From: Verrucomicrobiota bacterium | GTDB lineage: Bacteria; Verrucomicrobiota; Verrucomicrobiia; Limisphaerales; AAA164-E04 | Direction of reading: 5' to 3' | DNA length: 64,000 bases | Assembly (NCBI GenBank): GCA_047947115.1 | Contig: CP170459.1 | Span: 4,224,001 to 4,288,000 of the forward strand | Part shown: positions 20,552 through 30,939 of the stretch, piece after piece | How positions within the stretch are numbered: position 1 is the first letter of the stretch | Layout: each line of letters begins with the position of its first letter | Position numbers and translations under genes: made by a program | The notes under the pieces: generated by a model | Database searches by the model: none | Told to the model about the DNA's origin: nothing | Seen by the model: the letters and a program-made list of their open reading frames with translations, nothing else

Positions 20552-21349
20552 TTACGAAGCTTCCAAAAACGCGGTCAAGGGACTCGTGGCACGGGCGGTT
20601 CTGGAAACAACGCCCACCCCGATTTCAAACGCTTCCCTGCCCGCCTCGACAGCTTTGCAGAAAGCTCGCGCCATCCTGACCGGATCTTCGCACACGGCCA
20701 TGGCGGTATTGATCAACACCGCATCCGCTCCCAATTCCATCGCTTCCGCAGCATGACTTGGCGCGCCTATTCCAGCGTCCACCACAACGGGCACCTGTGC
20801 TTGTTCAATGATGATCCTGATCTGATCCCGGGTTGCAATTCCCTGATTGGAACCAATGGGGGACCCCAAGGGCATCACCGTCGCAGTCCCCACTTCCTGC
20901 AGGCGTTTGGCGAGCACCGGGTCGGCATTAATATAAGGCAGTACGGTGAACCCCTCCTTCACCAACACCTCTGCCGCCTTGAGCGTTTCGATGGGATCAG
21001 GGAGTAAATACCGTGGATCCGGATGAATTTCGAGCTTTACCCATTTTGGCAAACCAGCCGCCACCGCCAGGCGCGCAAGGCGAACCGCTTCATCGGCATC
21101 CATCGCCCCGCTGGTATTGGGCAGCAACAGGTATTTTTGGGGATCAATAAACTCAAGGATATTGGCAAATGGATCACGGTTACCTGACAGATCGGCGCGC
21201 CGAAGTGCGACGGTCACGATTTCCGTTCCACTTGCGGCCAAGGCGTCCCGCATGGTTTCAGGGGACGCAAATTTACCCGTTCCCGCCAGTAGCCTGGATT
21301 GGAAACGACGATCAGCAATTTGAAGAAATGACTCTTTGGATTCGGTCAT
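20552..21349 (-). CDS. thiG: Thiazole synthase
   Basis: [45 protein letters not shown]. Confidence 0.97.
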   Translation of the reverse strand: MTESKESFLQIADRRFQSRLLAGTGKFASPETMRDALAASGTEIVTVALRRADLSGNRDPFANILEFIDPQKYLLLPNTSGAMDADEAVRLARLAVAAGLPKWVKLEIHPDPRYLLPDPIETLKAAEVLVKEGFTVLPYINADPVLAKRLQEVGTATVMPLGSPIGSNQGIATRDQIRIIIEQAQVPVVVDAGIGAPSHAAEAMELGADAVLINTAMAVCEDPVRMARAFCKAVEAGREAFEIGVGVVSRTARATSPLTAFLEAS

Positions 21350-21411
21350 GTGGCCCAAAGCCTAAGCCAAAAAACAAAAACGTCCAGTAACGATTGAAGA
21401 TGAAAATTTAA

Positions 21412-21552
21412 AAGCTGCCACCGCGTCAGGTAACTGAGATTGACCATTTCCGGCAGGGCTACGCTGCTGCGGGGCCGTGAACGCCCCAACGGTTTAAGAG
21501 TTTAAGAATGTCCGGCTCTATCCGAACACCCCACCGCACACATTGCAGGGCG
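21412..21552 (-). ncRNA. Candidate structured ncRNA, possibly 6S RNA
   Basis: The minus strand folds by eye into one long irregular hairpin (CTGCAATGTGT / ACGCGGTGGCAG; TTCGG.TAGAGC / GCCCTGCCGGA; apical GGGGC / GCCCC) with an unpaired AU-rich ATTCTTAAACTCTTAAAC segment. Boundaries are approximate. Confidence 0.4.
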
Positions 21553-21596
21553 TCCCTGTTAGCGCTGAACGCCCTCCATCAACAACCGGACTCACA

Positions 21597-23039
21597 CTAA
21601 TAATCCTCCCCGTTCAGGCTATCCACCACGGATCCCAACCAAGAGGCCAAGTCATTCCTCAGTCTTTCGACAGGAAATCGGCCATCTGCTCGCACCGGGC
21701 GTGAAAGCAAATCATCGGTTTCGGCAGGGTCGCTGTGCAGATTGTAAAGCTCCCAAGTTACCTGACTCTGCTTATTTTCGATGCGATGCAACTTCCAATC
21801 CCCATCAATCCAGGCGGAATGCCCGGGAAATTGATCATTTGGGTAACGGGGATCTGGCAACAGGGCTGCATTTTGGCTCGAAACGTGAGGTTCCAAGTCC
21901 CCACCGTTTTCCTGGGCATCCAGCAACTCACTCATCCACTGGGCCGAAGGCGTCCCAATACCCGGGGCAACATAGTCCCAGAACCCCATGCCTCCCCTGC
22001 GCTGACGATTCTTGTGATTCAAATAAGGGACCAGGCTCACTCCATCCAAAACCGTTTCGTGAGGTACAGGGATATCCAACCAATCCAGCAAAGTGGGAAA
22101 AATATCGCTGGTCGTGGCACGAACTTGAATGGCAGTAGGTTGTTTGATTCGATCAGGCCATTCCAAAAACGCCGGAACCCGCAGGCCTCCTTCGTAAACC
22201 TTGCTCTTGTTTCCTCGATAACCAGCGGTGGAACCAACTTTTGGAAGGGCTCCATTGTCGCTGCAATACCAAAGAATGGTATTATCCCTCACGCCAAGGG
22301 CTTCCAACCTGTTCCGCAGGGTCCCGAAAGCACGGTCCATTCCGGTCACTTCGCCAAAGAAATGTTTCAAGGCGTCGGGCTGATCCTTGTATAAAGCCTG
22401 ATCCGCCTCGATGGCACGATGAGGCCCATGCGGAGAACCAAACCAGATCACGGCAAAAAAAGGCCTGTCCCCCTCGGTTTGATCCTGAATCCAGTCAACA
22501 GCCAGATTGACCGCCAATTCAGAGCTTTCACCATGATGTTGCACGGCTTTGCCCTGATGGCTGAGTATTGGATCATTATCGTAAAAATTGGGAGCCGAAA
22601 CCCAGTAATCAAAACCATTGGCACCAGGATTTGCCGGACTGCTTTGCCGCACCGACCCCAGATGCCATTTCCCAAAATGCGCGGTCGCATATCCATTCTC
22701 CCTCAACACCTCTGCAATGGTTGTCTCCTGCGGACGCATTGGGTATCCCCATTTGAAAACTCCCATTCGATTTGGATGCCGCCCCGTCATGACACTGGCT
22801 CGAGTCGGAGAACAAACCGGGGCAGCAGCGTAAAACTGGTCAAACCGTATACCACTCCTCGAAGCCTTGTCAAAATGAGGAGTCTTGATGAAAGGATGCC
22901 CGGTGTATCCCATGTCGCCATACCCCTGGTCATCAGCCATGACCAAAACTATGTTGGGACGATCACTGGCCGATAGAGTGAAACAACAAACACCCCCCAA
23001 TCCAAGCACCAGCGCCAACGGTAACAAAGTGGATTTCAT
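21597..23039 (-). CDS. Secreted formylglycine-dependent (S1) sulfatase
   Basis: Signal peptide, PNIVLVMADD, CSPTRAS, GKWHLG, SDNG, YEGGLRVP. Confidence 0.95.
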   Translation of the reverse strand: MKSTLLPLALVLGLGGVCCFTLSASDRPNIVLVMADDQGYGDMGYTGHPFIKTPHFDKASRSGIRFDQFYAAAPVCSPTRASVMTGRHPNRMGVFKWGYPMRPQETTIAEVLRENGYATAHFGKWHLGSVRQSSPANPGANGFDYWVSAPNFYDNDPILSHQGKAVQHHGESSELAVNLAVDWIQDQTEGDRPFFAVIWFGSPHGPHRAIEADQALYKDQPDALKHFFGEVTGMDRAFGTLRNRLEALGVRDNTILWYCSDNGALPKVGSTAGYRGNKSKVYEGGLRVPAFLEWPDRIKQPTAIQVRATTSDIFPTLLDWLDIPVPHETVLDGVSLVPYLNHKNRQRRGGMGFWDYVAPGIGTPSAQWMSELLDAQENGGDLEPHVSSQNAALLPDPRYPNDQFPGHSAWIDGDWKLHRIENKQSQVTWELYNLHSDPAETDDLLSRPVRADGRFPVERLRNDLASWLGSVVDSLNGEDY

Positions 23040-23256
23040 AAATACCATCCAACCTCACCCATGAAAGTTTGCAAGTGAAAACCAGAATCTCAATGAGATC
23101 TGATGACAAAACACAGCAAATCAATGATCCTGGACAATCCGGTCTTGGGCACAGGTGGCTTCTCCAAAAACTGTTCTACTTACCCGGTCCGGCGAAAGGG
23201 AACCGAATCATCCCAATCTGCATCCCAAACTAATCCGGTTCATCCTGTTCAAAAAA

Positions 23257-24054
<798 letters not shown>

Positions 24055-24084
24055 ATCAATCCTTTTTAATCCACGGATACATTC

Positions 24085-26613
24085 TCAAGGTGCCACCAAT
24101 CTGAAGAACGTATTTCCTTCTTCGATGGACATGGTGACCACATTTTGATCACCGATAACTTCAGCCACGGCTCCCACGTCGGTCCAGGCTCCATTCAAAT
24201 TGTCCGTTTGCTGAAGCACAAACGACGACGCTGCAGCGGGCCAACTGAGTTGAAGATTACCTCCATCTGCGAGTTGATAAGCCAGCATGACATCAGCCGG
24301 TTGTGGTTCGGGCGGAACGAAATCGCCTTTGACGATGTGGATATCGTCCAGCAGCAATGTGTGATCACCTTGAGGGTTGGTATCAAACTGCAACATACCG
24401 TCCGGGAACGCAGGAACGAAGGTGTGATAGCGAAGGTGAAAAGGATTGTTCCCACCCACAGGAAGCACTTCTTCTTCATGCAGGATTTCCTCATCAAAGC
24501 TGACGGCATAGGCTGTCACACCGCCTTCCCCACAACAGTTACGTGCATTGACGTAGTAATACAGGGTGTATGTCTCCCCAGCTTCCAATCCTTCAACAAA
24601 CTGGCTCATACTGGAGGCATTTTGAATGAACAACACAGAATCCTGATCCAACCCGGCGCCATTGTCGGAGAAAGGTCCTTGACCGGTTACATTGACCCCG
24701 CGTCCACCTGATGTGAAGTCCCATCCGGCCATGTTCGCCGGTTGGACATAACCCACCCCGACAGGACTTCCGCTAGCCTCGAAACTTGGATTTTTGATCA
24801 CCACTTCATCTTCGCCCCGTGGAACGATATTGACTGCATCCAGCAAGATGGCGGCATCACCCTCGGCGGTTGTTTCAAACTCCAGCAAACCGCCGGATGC
24901 GGAGGCTTTGAAAGGAATGTTTTGGAAATAATACATCTCCAAACCTTCTGCAATGGCAGGGAAAACGTCTTCAATACTCCACAACTCTTCTCCCGCCAAA
25001 CGCACTGCCAGATCAATCGTACCTCCGCAGCAGTCCCTTGAGTTGTAATAAAACTGCAACCAGTACGATTCACCCGCTTTGAGTCCGTTTAGTTCCTGGG
25101 ATAGTATCTGACTCCCCTGAAGCACGGCGACTTGTCTGCGATCAGGAATCGCCCCGTTATCATGGAAAGGACCTGCGGCAGGATTGAGTCCGGTTCCTCC
25201 CGTCCAGGAAACAATGGGACCGGCACCAATACCGGGAGGAGCGTCATTGCTTTCAAAGCTGGCATTCCGCACGATGGAACTGACGACATTGACGCGCGTG
25301 TCATTGGTAATCTCAAGCCCATTGGGGGGTCCCACCAACATCCGTGCAGCACCTCGGCCAACACCGACGACCTCGATCACTTTGACGTTGTCGCCGCCCT
25401 TTTCAAATTCAACCACCAGGGTGCCCTCTTCATTGGCTCCCACCAGATTTGCGACTCCCGGGTTGGGACTGGTCATGCTTAATTGCCCCGATTTCAGAGC
25501 GATGTATTCAGCAGGTACCGTCACGGTAATCTCTCCTTTTTGTCCGGGAGCCAACTCCAAAGCGGGTGGTGTGATTTCGACCGGAGGAAAGGATTGTCCA
25601 AGTTCTCCTATCAGGTGAATCGAATCCAACAAAAGGGTATGATCACCTTCATCGGTTTGTCGAAAGCTGAGCAGTTTCTGAACATCATCCGCGACAAAAC
25701 TGATATTCGCCGTTTCGTAACCCTTGTTACCCACGACAGGCGAGACGCTCCTTTGAAAGACTTCTTCTTCCCCAAGGAACACGGACAATTGTGGGTTATC
25801 ACCGGATCGGGCATTGTATTCGAAACTCAATTCATAACTGTTCCCAACCACCAGATTGTCGAGTGTCTGGCTCAGAGATCCGGGTCCGGAAATGAATCCG
25901 ACAAAATCCGGTTCGGAAGAGCGTCCGTTATCGGCATAGGGGCCAAAACCATCGAGGTTGACACCATAGATCCCCTCACCGGTCCAACCGGCCATGCCAG
26001 CCGGACTGATGATTCCGTCCGGATCCAGCGTTTCACCGCTGGCATCGAAACTGGGGTTCATCACTGGCACTTCATCCTTACTGCGTTGAATAATACTCAC
26101 CGCATCCAGGTTGACGGTGGCATCGCCGTTGGCCACGGTCTCAAACCTGATCACACCCGCATCAAACTCGGGTACAAAGGCAATGTTCCTAAATTTGTAG
26201 GGATTCCCATCAGTGGACGCCCGAACGTTGTTGATACGATCCAATTCCACATCGTCCAGTTTCACGATCAGGTCAATCGTTCCGCCACAGCAGGCACGTG
26301 CATCATAAAAAAATTGCAGCCAACTGGTTTCACCAGGAACCAAGCCGAATACTTCCTGCGACAAGGAAGTAGTACCTTGCATAAAAACAGCGCGTGTTTG
26401 ATCAGGGATCGGCGTCCCTCCGTTGTGAAACGGACCATCCGCCTGATTCACACCCGAGCCTCCGTTCCATTCGTCTATTTCACCGTAATGAGGCCAGGTT
26501 TCCGGGTAATTGAATTCGAAACTGGAATTCAGGAAGAGGCTTTGAGCAAATCCCATTGAGCTTTGTGCCAGCAAGGCAACGATCCCCAATCTTGCTAGTG
26601 TTTTCTTGTTCAT
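24085..26613 (-). CDS. 842-aa secreted protein with four DUF642/CBM-like jelly-roll repeats and C-terminal FFR module
   Basis: Signal peptide. Four NxSF[ED]...LD[ASD][VI]x[IL] repeats; GPFHNG / GPYADNG / GPFHDNG / GPFSDNG; three CCG motifs. Ends TFFRLVAP. Confidence 0.78.
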   Translation of the reverse strand: MNKKTLARLGIVALLAQSSMGFAQSLFLNSSFEFNYPETWPHYGEIDEWNGGSGVNQADGPFHNGGTPIPDQTRAVFMQGTTSLSQEVFGLVPGETSWLQFFYDARACCGGTIDLIVKLDDVELDRINNVRASTDGNPYKFRNIAFVPEFDAGVIRFETVANGDATVNLDAVSIIQRSKDEVPVMNPSFDASGETLDPDGIISPAGMAGWTGEGIYGVNLDGFGPYADNGRSSEPDFVGFISGPGSLSQTLDNLVVGNSYELSFEYNARSGDNPQLSVFLGEEEVFQRSVSPVVGNKGYETANISFVADDVQKLLSFRQTDEGDHTLLLDSIHLIGELGQSFPPVEITPPALELAPGQKGEITVTVPAEYIALKSGQLSMTSPNPGVANLVGANEEGTLVVEFEKGGDNVKVIEVVGVGRGAARMLVGPPNGLEITNDTRVNVVSSIVRNASFESNDAPPGIGAGPIVSWTGGTGLNPAAGPFHDNGAIPDRRQVAVLQGSQILSQELNGLKAGESYWLQFYYNSRDCCGGTIDLAVRLAGEELWSIEDVFPAIAEGLEMYYFQNIPFKASASGGLLEFETTAEGDAAILLDAVNIVPRGEDEVVIKNPSFEASGSPVGVGYVQPANMAGWDFTSGGRGVNVTGQGPFSDNGAGLDQDSVLFIQNASSMSQFVEGLEAGETYTLYYYVNARNCCGEGGVTAYAVSFDEEILHEEEVLPVGGNNPFHLRYHTFVPAFPDGMLQFDTNPQGDHTLLLDDIHIVKGDFVPPEPQPADVMLAYQLADGGNLQLSWPAAASSFVLQQTDNLNGAWTDVGAVAEVIGDQNVVTMSIEEGNTFFRLVAP

Positions 26614-26654
26614 GATGGTCTCGTTATTATGGATTTCTTATAAGATAAATTAAA

Positions 26655-27449
26655 TCAACGAATCGTATTGGGCTTCTTGAAATCCATGATCACCTGATTG
26701 GTGGCTTGCGATGGTTTCATGGCGCTGATGTGGGCATCCATGAACAGAATATTGGCCGCGCCATCCGGATGCTCACTTCCGTGTTTGTAACCGACATCAT
26801 AAGTTCCATTAGGTTGTGCTCCAATGAGGATCACCGCAGGATGATTGAGGTCATATGAAATATCCGATACCAGGTGTGTATTGGCCGGATTCGGAACCGA
26901 AGAAAGTTTGGCGGTGTTGGATGACGGGAAATCTCCAGAGTTATTGGGGAAATTGGACGAAGTATGCTGATTCATTCCGTAACTGATCTTCCACGGATTC
27001 CCCTGCCCGTTGTAATGTTTGAATCCACGCCAATGGTTTTCCCGCATTCGAATCGGGCAAATGGAAACGCCATTGGTGAAATTCATTCCCTCCTGCCCTG
27101 CATCAAACTTTTGACGTCCATAATATGGAACCAGAAGCGCCTCAAAATTATTGATGTTGGCATTGTGAATAAACGTGTTTTCACCATGCCCCCAGGCGTA
27201 GGGCAGCTTATCATCATTGTCATCCGCATACATCACCGTGGCAATCCCCATCTGTTTGAGATTGCTGATGCACTTGGTCGCATAAGCTTTTTGCTTAGCC
27301 TTGCTCAGCGCCGGCAACAGCATTCCGGCAAGAATGGCAATAATGGCGATCACCACCAGAAGTTCAATAAGGGTGAAACCCCTTTTCTGCCGAGGTTGCC
27401 ATGTATACAACGGTACAGAACCCGCCTGACTGTCATGACAGTTTTTCAT
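26655..27449 (-). CDS. Prepilin-type cleavage/methylation protein with H-X9-DG-like domain
   Basis: [51 protein letters not shown]. Confidence 0.92.
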   Translation of the reverse strand: MKNCHDSQAGSVPLYTWQPRQKRGFTLIELLVVIAIIAILAGMLLPALSKAKQKAYATKCISNLKQMGIATVMYADDNDDKLPYAWGHGENTFIHNANINNFEALLVPYYGRQKFDAGQEGMNFTNGVSICPIRMRENHWRGFKHYNGQGNPWKISYGMNQHTSSNFPNNSGDFPSSNTAKLSSVPNPANTHLVSDISYDLNHPAVILIGAQPNGTYDVGYKHGSEHPDGAANILFMDAHISAMKPSQATNQVIMDFKKPNTIR

Positions 27450-27880
27450 GGAATGAACACATGAAACTCCTTCAATATCGGGACGTCAAGGTCAATCACA
27501 AGCCTTTCACACACATGGGGCGCAGTTCATTTTTTAGACAATGGAGGGGAGAGTTCCACCTCGCCCCAAACTTTCCCCTTGAAAACGTTCCTGAGCAAAA
27601 GGAATGGAACACGGGGAAACTATTGTTCATCGATTGACTGAGGTGTTTCCATTGCAGCTTGAAAAGGTTCCCAAAGCACCGAGGTTTGTATTGGGTGTAA
27701 GACGGAGCTTACCCCTCCGATAGTGGATTTCTATTTTTTGAACTGCACCCAACATCCTCACAATTTGATAACTTGGCATGATCATCACAACACCTACGAC
27801 ATTTGCCGAATGAATTTGGAACGGATCGTGCTGTATATTATGGCAAATTTGGAAAGTCACAACCAAAGCCAAGGAGTGTC

Positions 27881-30800
27881 ATGAAGGAAGACAAATACCA
27901 CCATACTTTGTTTCGGTCAGCCACCTGTTCAGTGGTGATCCTTTTTCAATGCTTTTCCAGCTTTGCACAAGTTACGGACGTAAATGTCTCACTGAAAAAC
28001 ATCACGCCTCAGGAAATGATTGAAGGGGATGATGGCGATCGAGTCATTGAAATCCTTCCACAGTTACAGAAAAGCCTCCCATTCCCCGTCGTAGTGGGCA
28101 TCACCACTCGGCCACAAACCGCCACCAGCATCGAAGACTACACACCGATATCAAAAACCGCCACGTTTCCCGCAGGCAGAATTCACACAGGGCTTCCCCG
28201 CCCTGAATCCTCCGGGGATGCCCTCGCCCGGCTGATCAACATCGAGCGCGGTTTCGGTATGGAGATGCTGGCGGATATCACCCGCCCTACATCCCTGGCC
28301 ATCTCAAGAAATCAACCGGATTTTGAAGAGGGCGTCTATGTGGCACAAACCATGCACAACAACGACACGAAACCCGATCAGATCTTCCACGTATCATTCG
28401 ACGGCACTTCAGTGAAAACTTTTGTATCGTTGCTCCCTGAAGCGGATCCGACCGGATTGGATTTCGCTCCTCTGGACGGACCGTTCAAACCGGGACTTTA
28501 CGTGAGTTCGAACAATCGTGACGGGGGACGTCCAGGAGACTGGGGTGGCACCATACAATGGATCGATTCAGAACAGAACATCGTCGATTTCACAGGCATC
28601 GGCACACCCAACGGACCGGGTGAACCGGGTGAATTGGCCTTTGGCACACACGGTTGGATGCGCGACCTGCTTCTGGTCGTCAACTCGGTAGGCAGCCCGG
28701 CCGATATTTTGAACATCTCTTTTGATGGAGAACTGGAACCACTGTTCAGTGATGGATTATTCGATCAAAGCAATGCAGGAAATGCTTTCCGATCCCTGGC
28801 GATACCTCCCGAGGACAGTCCCTTTGGAGATTGGGTTTACATGGGCGAGTTTGGACGGGACTGTGTCTGCATTCAACGGTGGCACCCTGAACGTGGATTG
28901 AAACCGTTCGTCTCAAACCTCGAAGGATCGCCACATGGCATGGCATTTACATCTGGCAGCCTGTTTGGAAACAACCTTTACGTAGCCATTGATCTCGGGA
29001 ATGAGGGCAAAGTGCTCCGCATTGATTCCAACGGAACCATCTCGGAATTCATCTCGGGTTTGCAGGGGTTCCTATATGGAAACGGCAAAGATGTCCTGCA
29101 ATTTGACGAAGAACATGAACTTCTCTATGTGAGCGACTACTACGGACACCGGATCTATCGAATAGGTGAAGAGGAAGGACCACTGGAAGTAACCATCCAC
29201 GGGGACAAAACACCAGAACCAGACGAAACCCTGCTGGTCGAAATGAACACGTCGAATAATGATGTCCTCCTCCAGATCCCTGTAACCATCCTGAATGATG
29301 ATGGAGCCATCCCTGAACCTGAACCCGAACCCGAACCCGAACCTGAGCTTCCACCGGTAATTATTCCGACATTACACATCGCTTTTGAAACGCCATTGAA
29401 TCGGCAATCATTCGAGATGGATTTCACTCAGTCCCCAGCGTTTGCCAGGATCCCCATAAGCCTCAATGTTAAGGGAACCGCGCGAGAACCGACCGTAACG
29501 GTATTTGTGAATGAGCAACGCATCCAAACATTCACTTCGCCTCCGTATACCACCCAATGGGAGACGGAACAAATCGGCGAATATTTGCTGACCGCCATTG
29601 CAGAGGATGGAAATGGACATCAGGTCACCGCAACACCCATCCGAATCCAGGTTGCCCAAAGTTCCGGAAACATATTCATCATCGAAGAAGCCCGGGATCT
29701 CCAGAGTGAACGCATGCAAGCTGCACTCTTCGAAATGGGTTTGACCGGTTGGTCCGTCCACCCAAGCTCCATCTCTGCCGAATGGCTTTCAAAGGCAGAT
29801 TTGGTGATCTGGAAACAATCACTGCGGGACTCGGCTGATCATCCGGAACTGGCGACAACATTGCTGCATGCACAAGCTGCAGGAATGCCTTTATACGTCC
29901 TGACAGATGCACCTGCATTGAACAATCCCACCCCGCTCTTCCCTCTGCCAGCGTGGACAGAACTGACAGGAATACCTCAGCTCGACATGTATCCGGCACA
30001 AAACCAAACGCTCCTGCCTGCATTGGATTTGGCACATGCATTTCTTCAGGGGCAATACGGGAATGTCAAAGACATCCAGCCGCAGACACCGATTTACCAT
30101 ACATCTGCACATCCCCAATTTGACACTCGTATTCTAAACACCGATGCCGACCACTTTGCCATGGCTGCTTCTGATCCATTCAACACATCAACTCCCCATC
30201 AAGATCGCATGGTGGTCCAGTTGTTCCCCGTGTTTCCGGACGTACCATCTGGAGACAGGTCGGGTCAGACATCCCTGTTTCAAAACACGGTTTGTTGGCT
30301 GCTCCATTGCACGCCGTGTGAAAACATGGATCTCGCACTGAGCAGTCGCAACCAGGAACCAGACATTTCCCAAGGCAACTCATGGGAAACAGAATTCACA
30401 CTTCAGCACGTAGGCGAATGTGTCGCATCGGGTGTGTATGTCGATTTTGCGTGGAGCGACCACTTGACCGCGACAGAACTGGTTTCTGAAACAGGATGGC
30501 AAGAACACCTCCCCCACACCATTCGTTTACACCTCGGAACCGTGGCCAGCGCCAGCAGACATTTGTTTGTATTAAAGATGAAAGGCCAGGCCGATCAAAC
30601 CGGGTTTGTGACCGCCACGGTTCATGCATCCAACGGAGAGGCTATCCGGGAAAATAATCTAACATGGAGCGGCATCGCGATTGAGGAACCGGAGCCTTGG
30701 TTGAGAGCCATCATGCTTCCGGGAGACATTCCAGCCTTGATCCTTCCCTCGAACCTTGATCTTTCCAAACCCATCAACCTTCAATGGTCCATGGATCTTC

Positions 30801-30901
30801 AAAACTGGACAACATGGGAATCCTACACCCGGGAAAATGTTACTCTCATCCCAGAAACATTCCGGGATAAAGAGGCTTCCTTTTACCGAGTGGGACCTTA
30901 G
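27881..30901 (+). CDS. Large secreted protein: split Calx-beta domain, beta-propeller, (PE)n linker, Ig-like domains, C-terminal FYR module
   Basis: AAGGAG RBS before ATG 27881; signal peptide; TA...DY...TFPAG and TIHGD..EPDET...VTILNDD; PEPEPEPEPEPE; ends SFYRVGP. Confidence 0.75.
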   Translation: MKEDKYHHTLFRSATCSVVILFQCFSSFAQVTDVNVSLKNITPQEMIEGDDGDRVIEILPQLQKSLPFPVVVGITTRPQTATSIEDYTPISKTATFPAGRIHTGLPRPESSGDALARLINIERGFGMEMLADITRPTSLAISRNQPDFEEGVYVAQTMHNNDTKPDQIFHVSFDGTSVKTFVSLLPEADPTGLDFAPLDGPFKPGLYVSSNNRDGGRPGDWGGTIQWIDSEQNIVDFTGIGTPNGPGEPGELAFGTHGWMRDLLLVVNSVGSPADILNISFDGELEPLFSDGLFDQSNAGNAFRSLAIPPEDSPFGDWVYMGEFGRDCVCIQRWHPERGLKPFVSNLEGSPHGMAFTSGSLFGNNLYVAIDLGNEGKVLRIDSNGTISEFISGLQGFLYGNGKDVLQFDEEHELLYVSDYYGHRIYRIGEEEGPLEVTIHGDKTPEPDETLLVEMNTSNNDVLLQIPVTILNDDGAIPEPEPEPEPEPELPPVIIPTLHIAFETPLNRQSFEMDFTQSPAFARIPISLNVKGTAREPTVTVFVNEQRIQTFTSPPYTTQWETEQIGEYLLTAIAEDGNGHQVTATPIRIQVAQSSGNIFIIEEARDLQSERMQAALFEMGLTGWSVHPSSISAEWLSKADLVIWKQSLRDSADHPELATTLLHAQAAGMPLYVLTDAPALNNPTPLFPLPAWTELTGIPQLDMYPAQNQTLLPALDLAHAFLQGQYGNVKDIQPQTPIYHTSAHPQFDTRILNTDADHFAMAASDPFNTSTPHQDRMVVQLFPVFPDVPSGDRSGQTSLFQNTVCWLLHCTPCENMDLALSSRNQEPDISQGNSWETEFTLQHVGECVASGVYVDFAWSDHLTATELVSETGWQEHLPHTIRLHLGTVASASRHLFVLKMKGQADQTGFVTATVHASNGEAIRENNLTWSGIAIEEPEPWLRAIMLPGDIPALILPSNLDLSKPINLQWSMDLQNWTTWESYTRENVTLIPETFRDKEASFYRVGP

Positions 30902-30939
30902 CCGTGTCTATGCACCTTATCCGCACCACCGCAGACGCG

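Noticed and set aside
21415..21470. SRP RNA (ffs)
   Set aside because: CCGCGTCAGGT resembles the SRP helix start, but the following CCGGAAGGAAGCAGC motif is absent.
21360..21596. TPP riboswitch upstream of thiG
   Set aside because: The CTGAGA core occurs only on the opposite strand, and the other conserved TPP elements are not in the right order on the thiG strand.
25483..26559. 358-aa plus-strand ORF, and similar antisense ORFs such as 7853-8611 and 61776-62699
   Set aside because: They lie wholly antisense to well-supported genes and have no recognisable motifs; best explained as codon-bias shadows.
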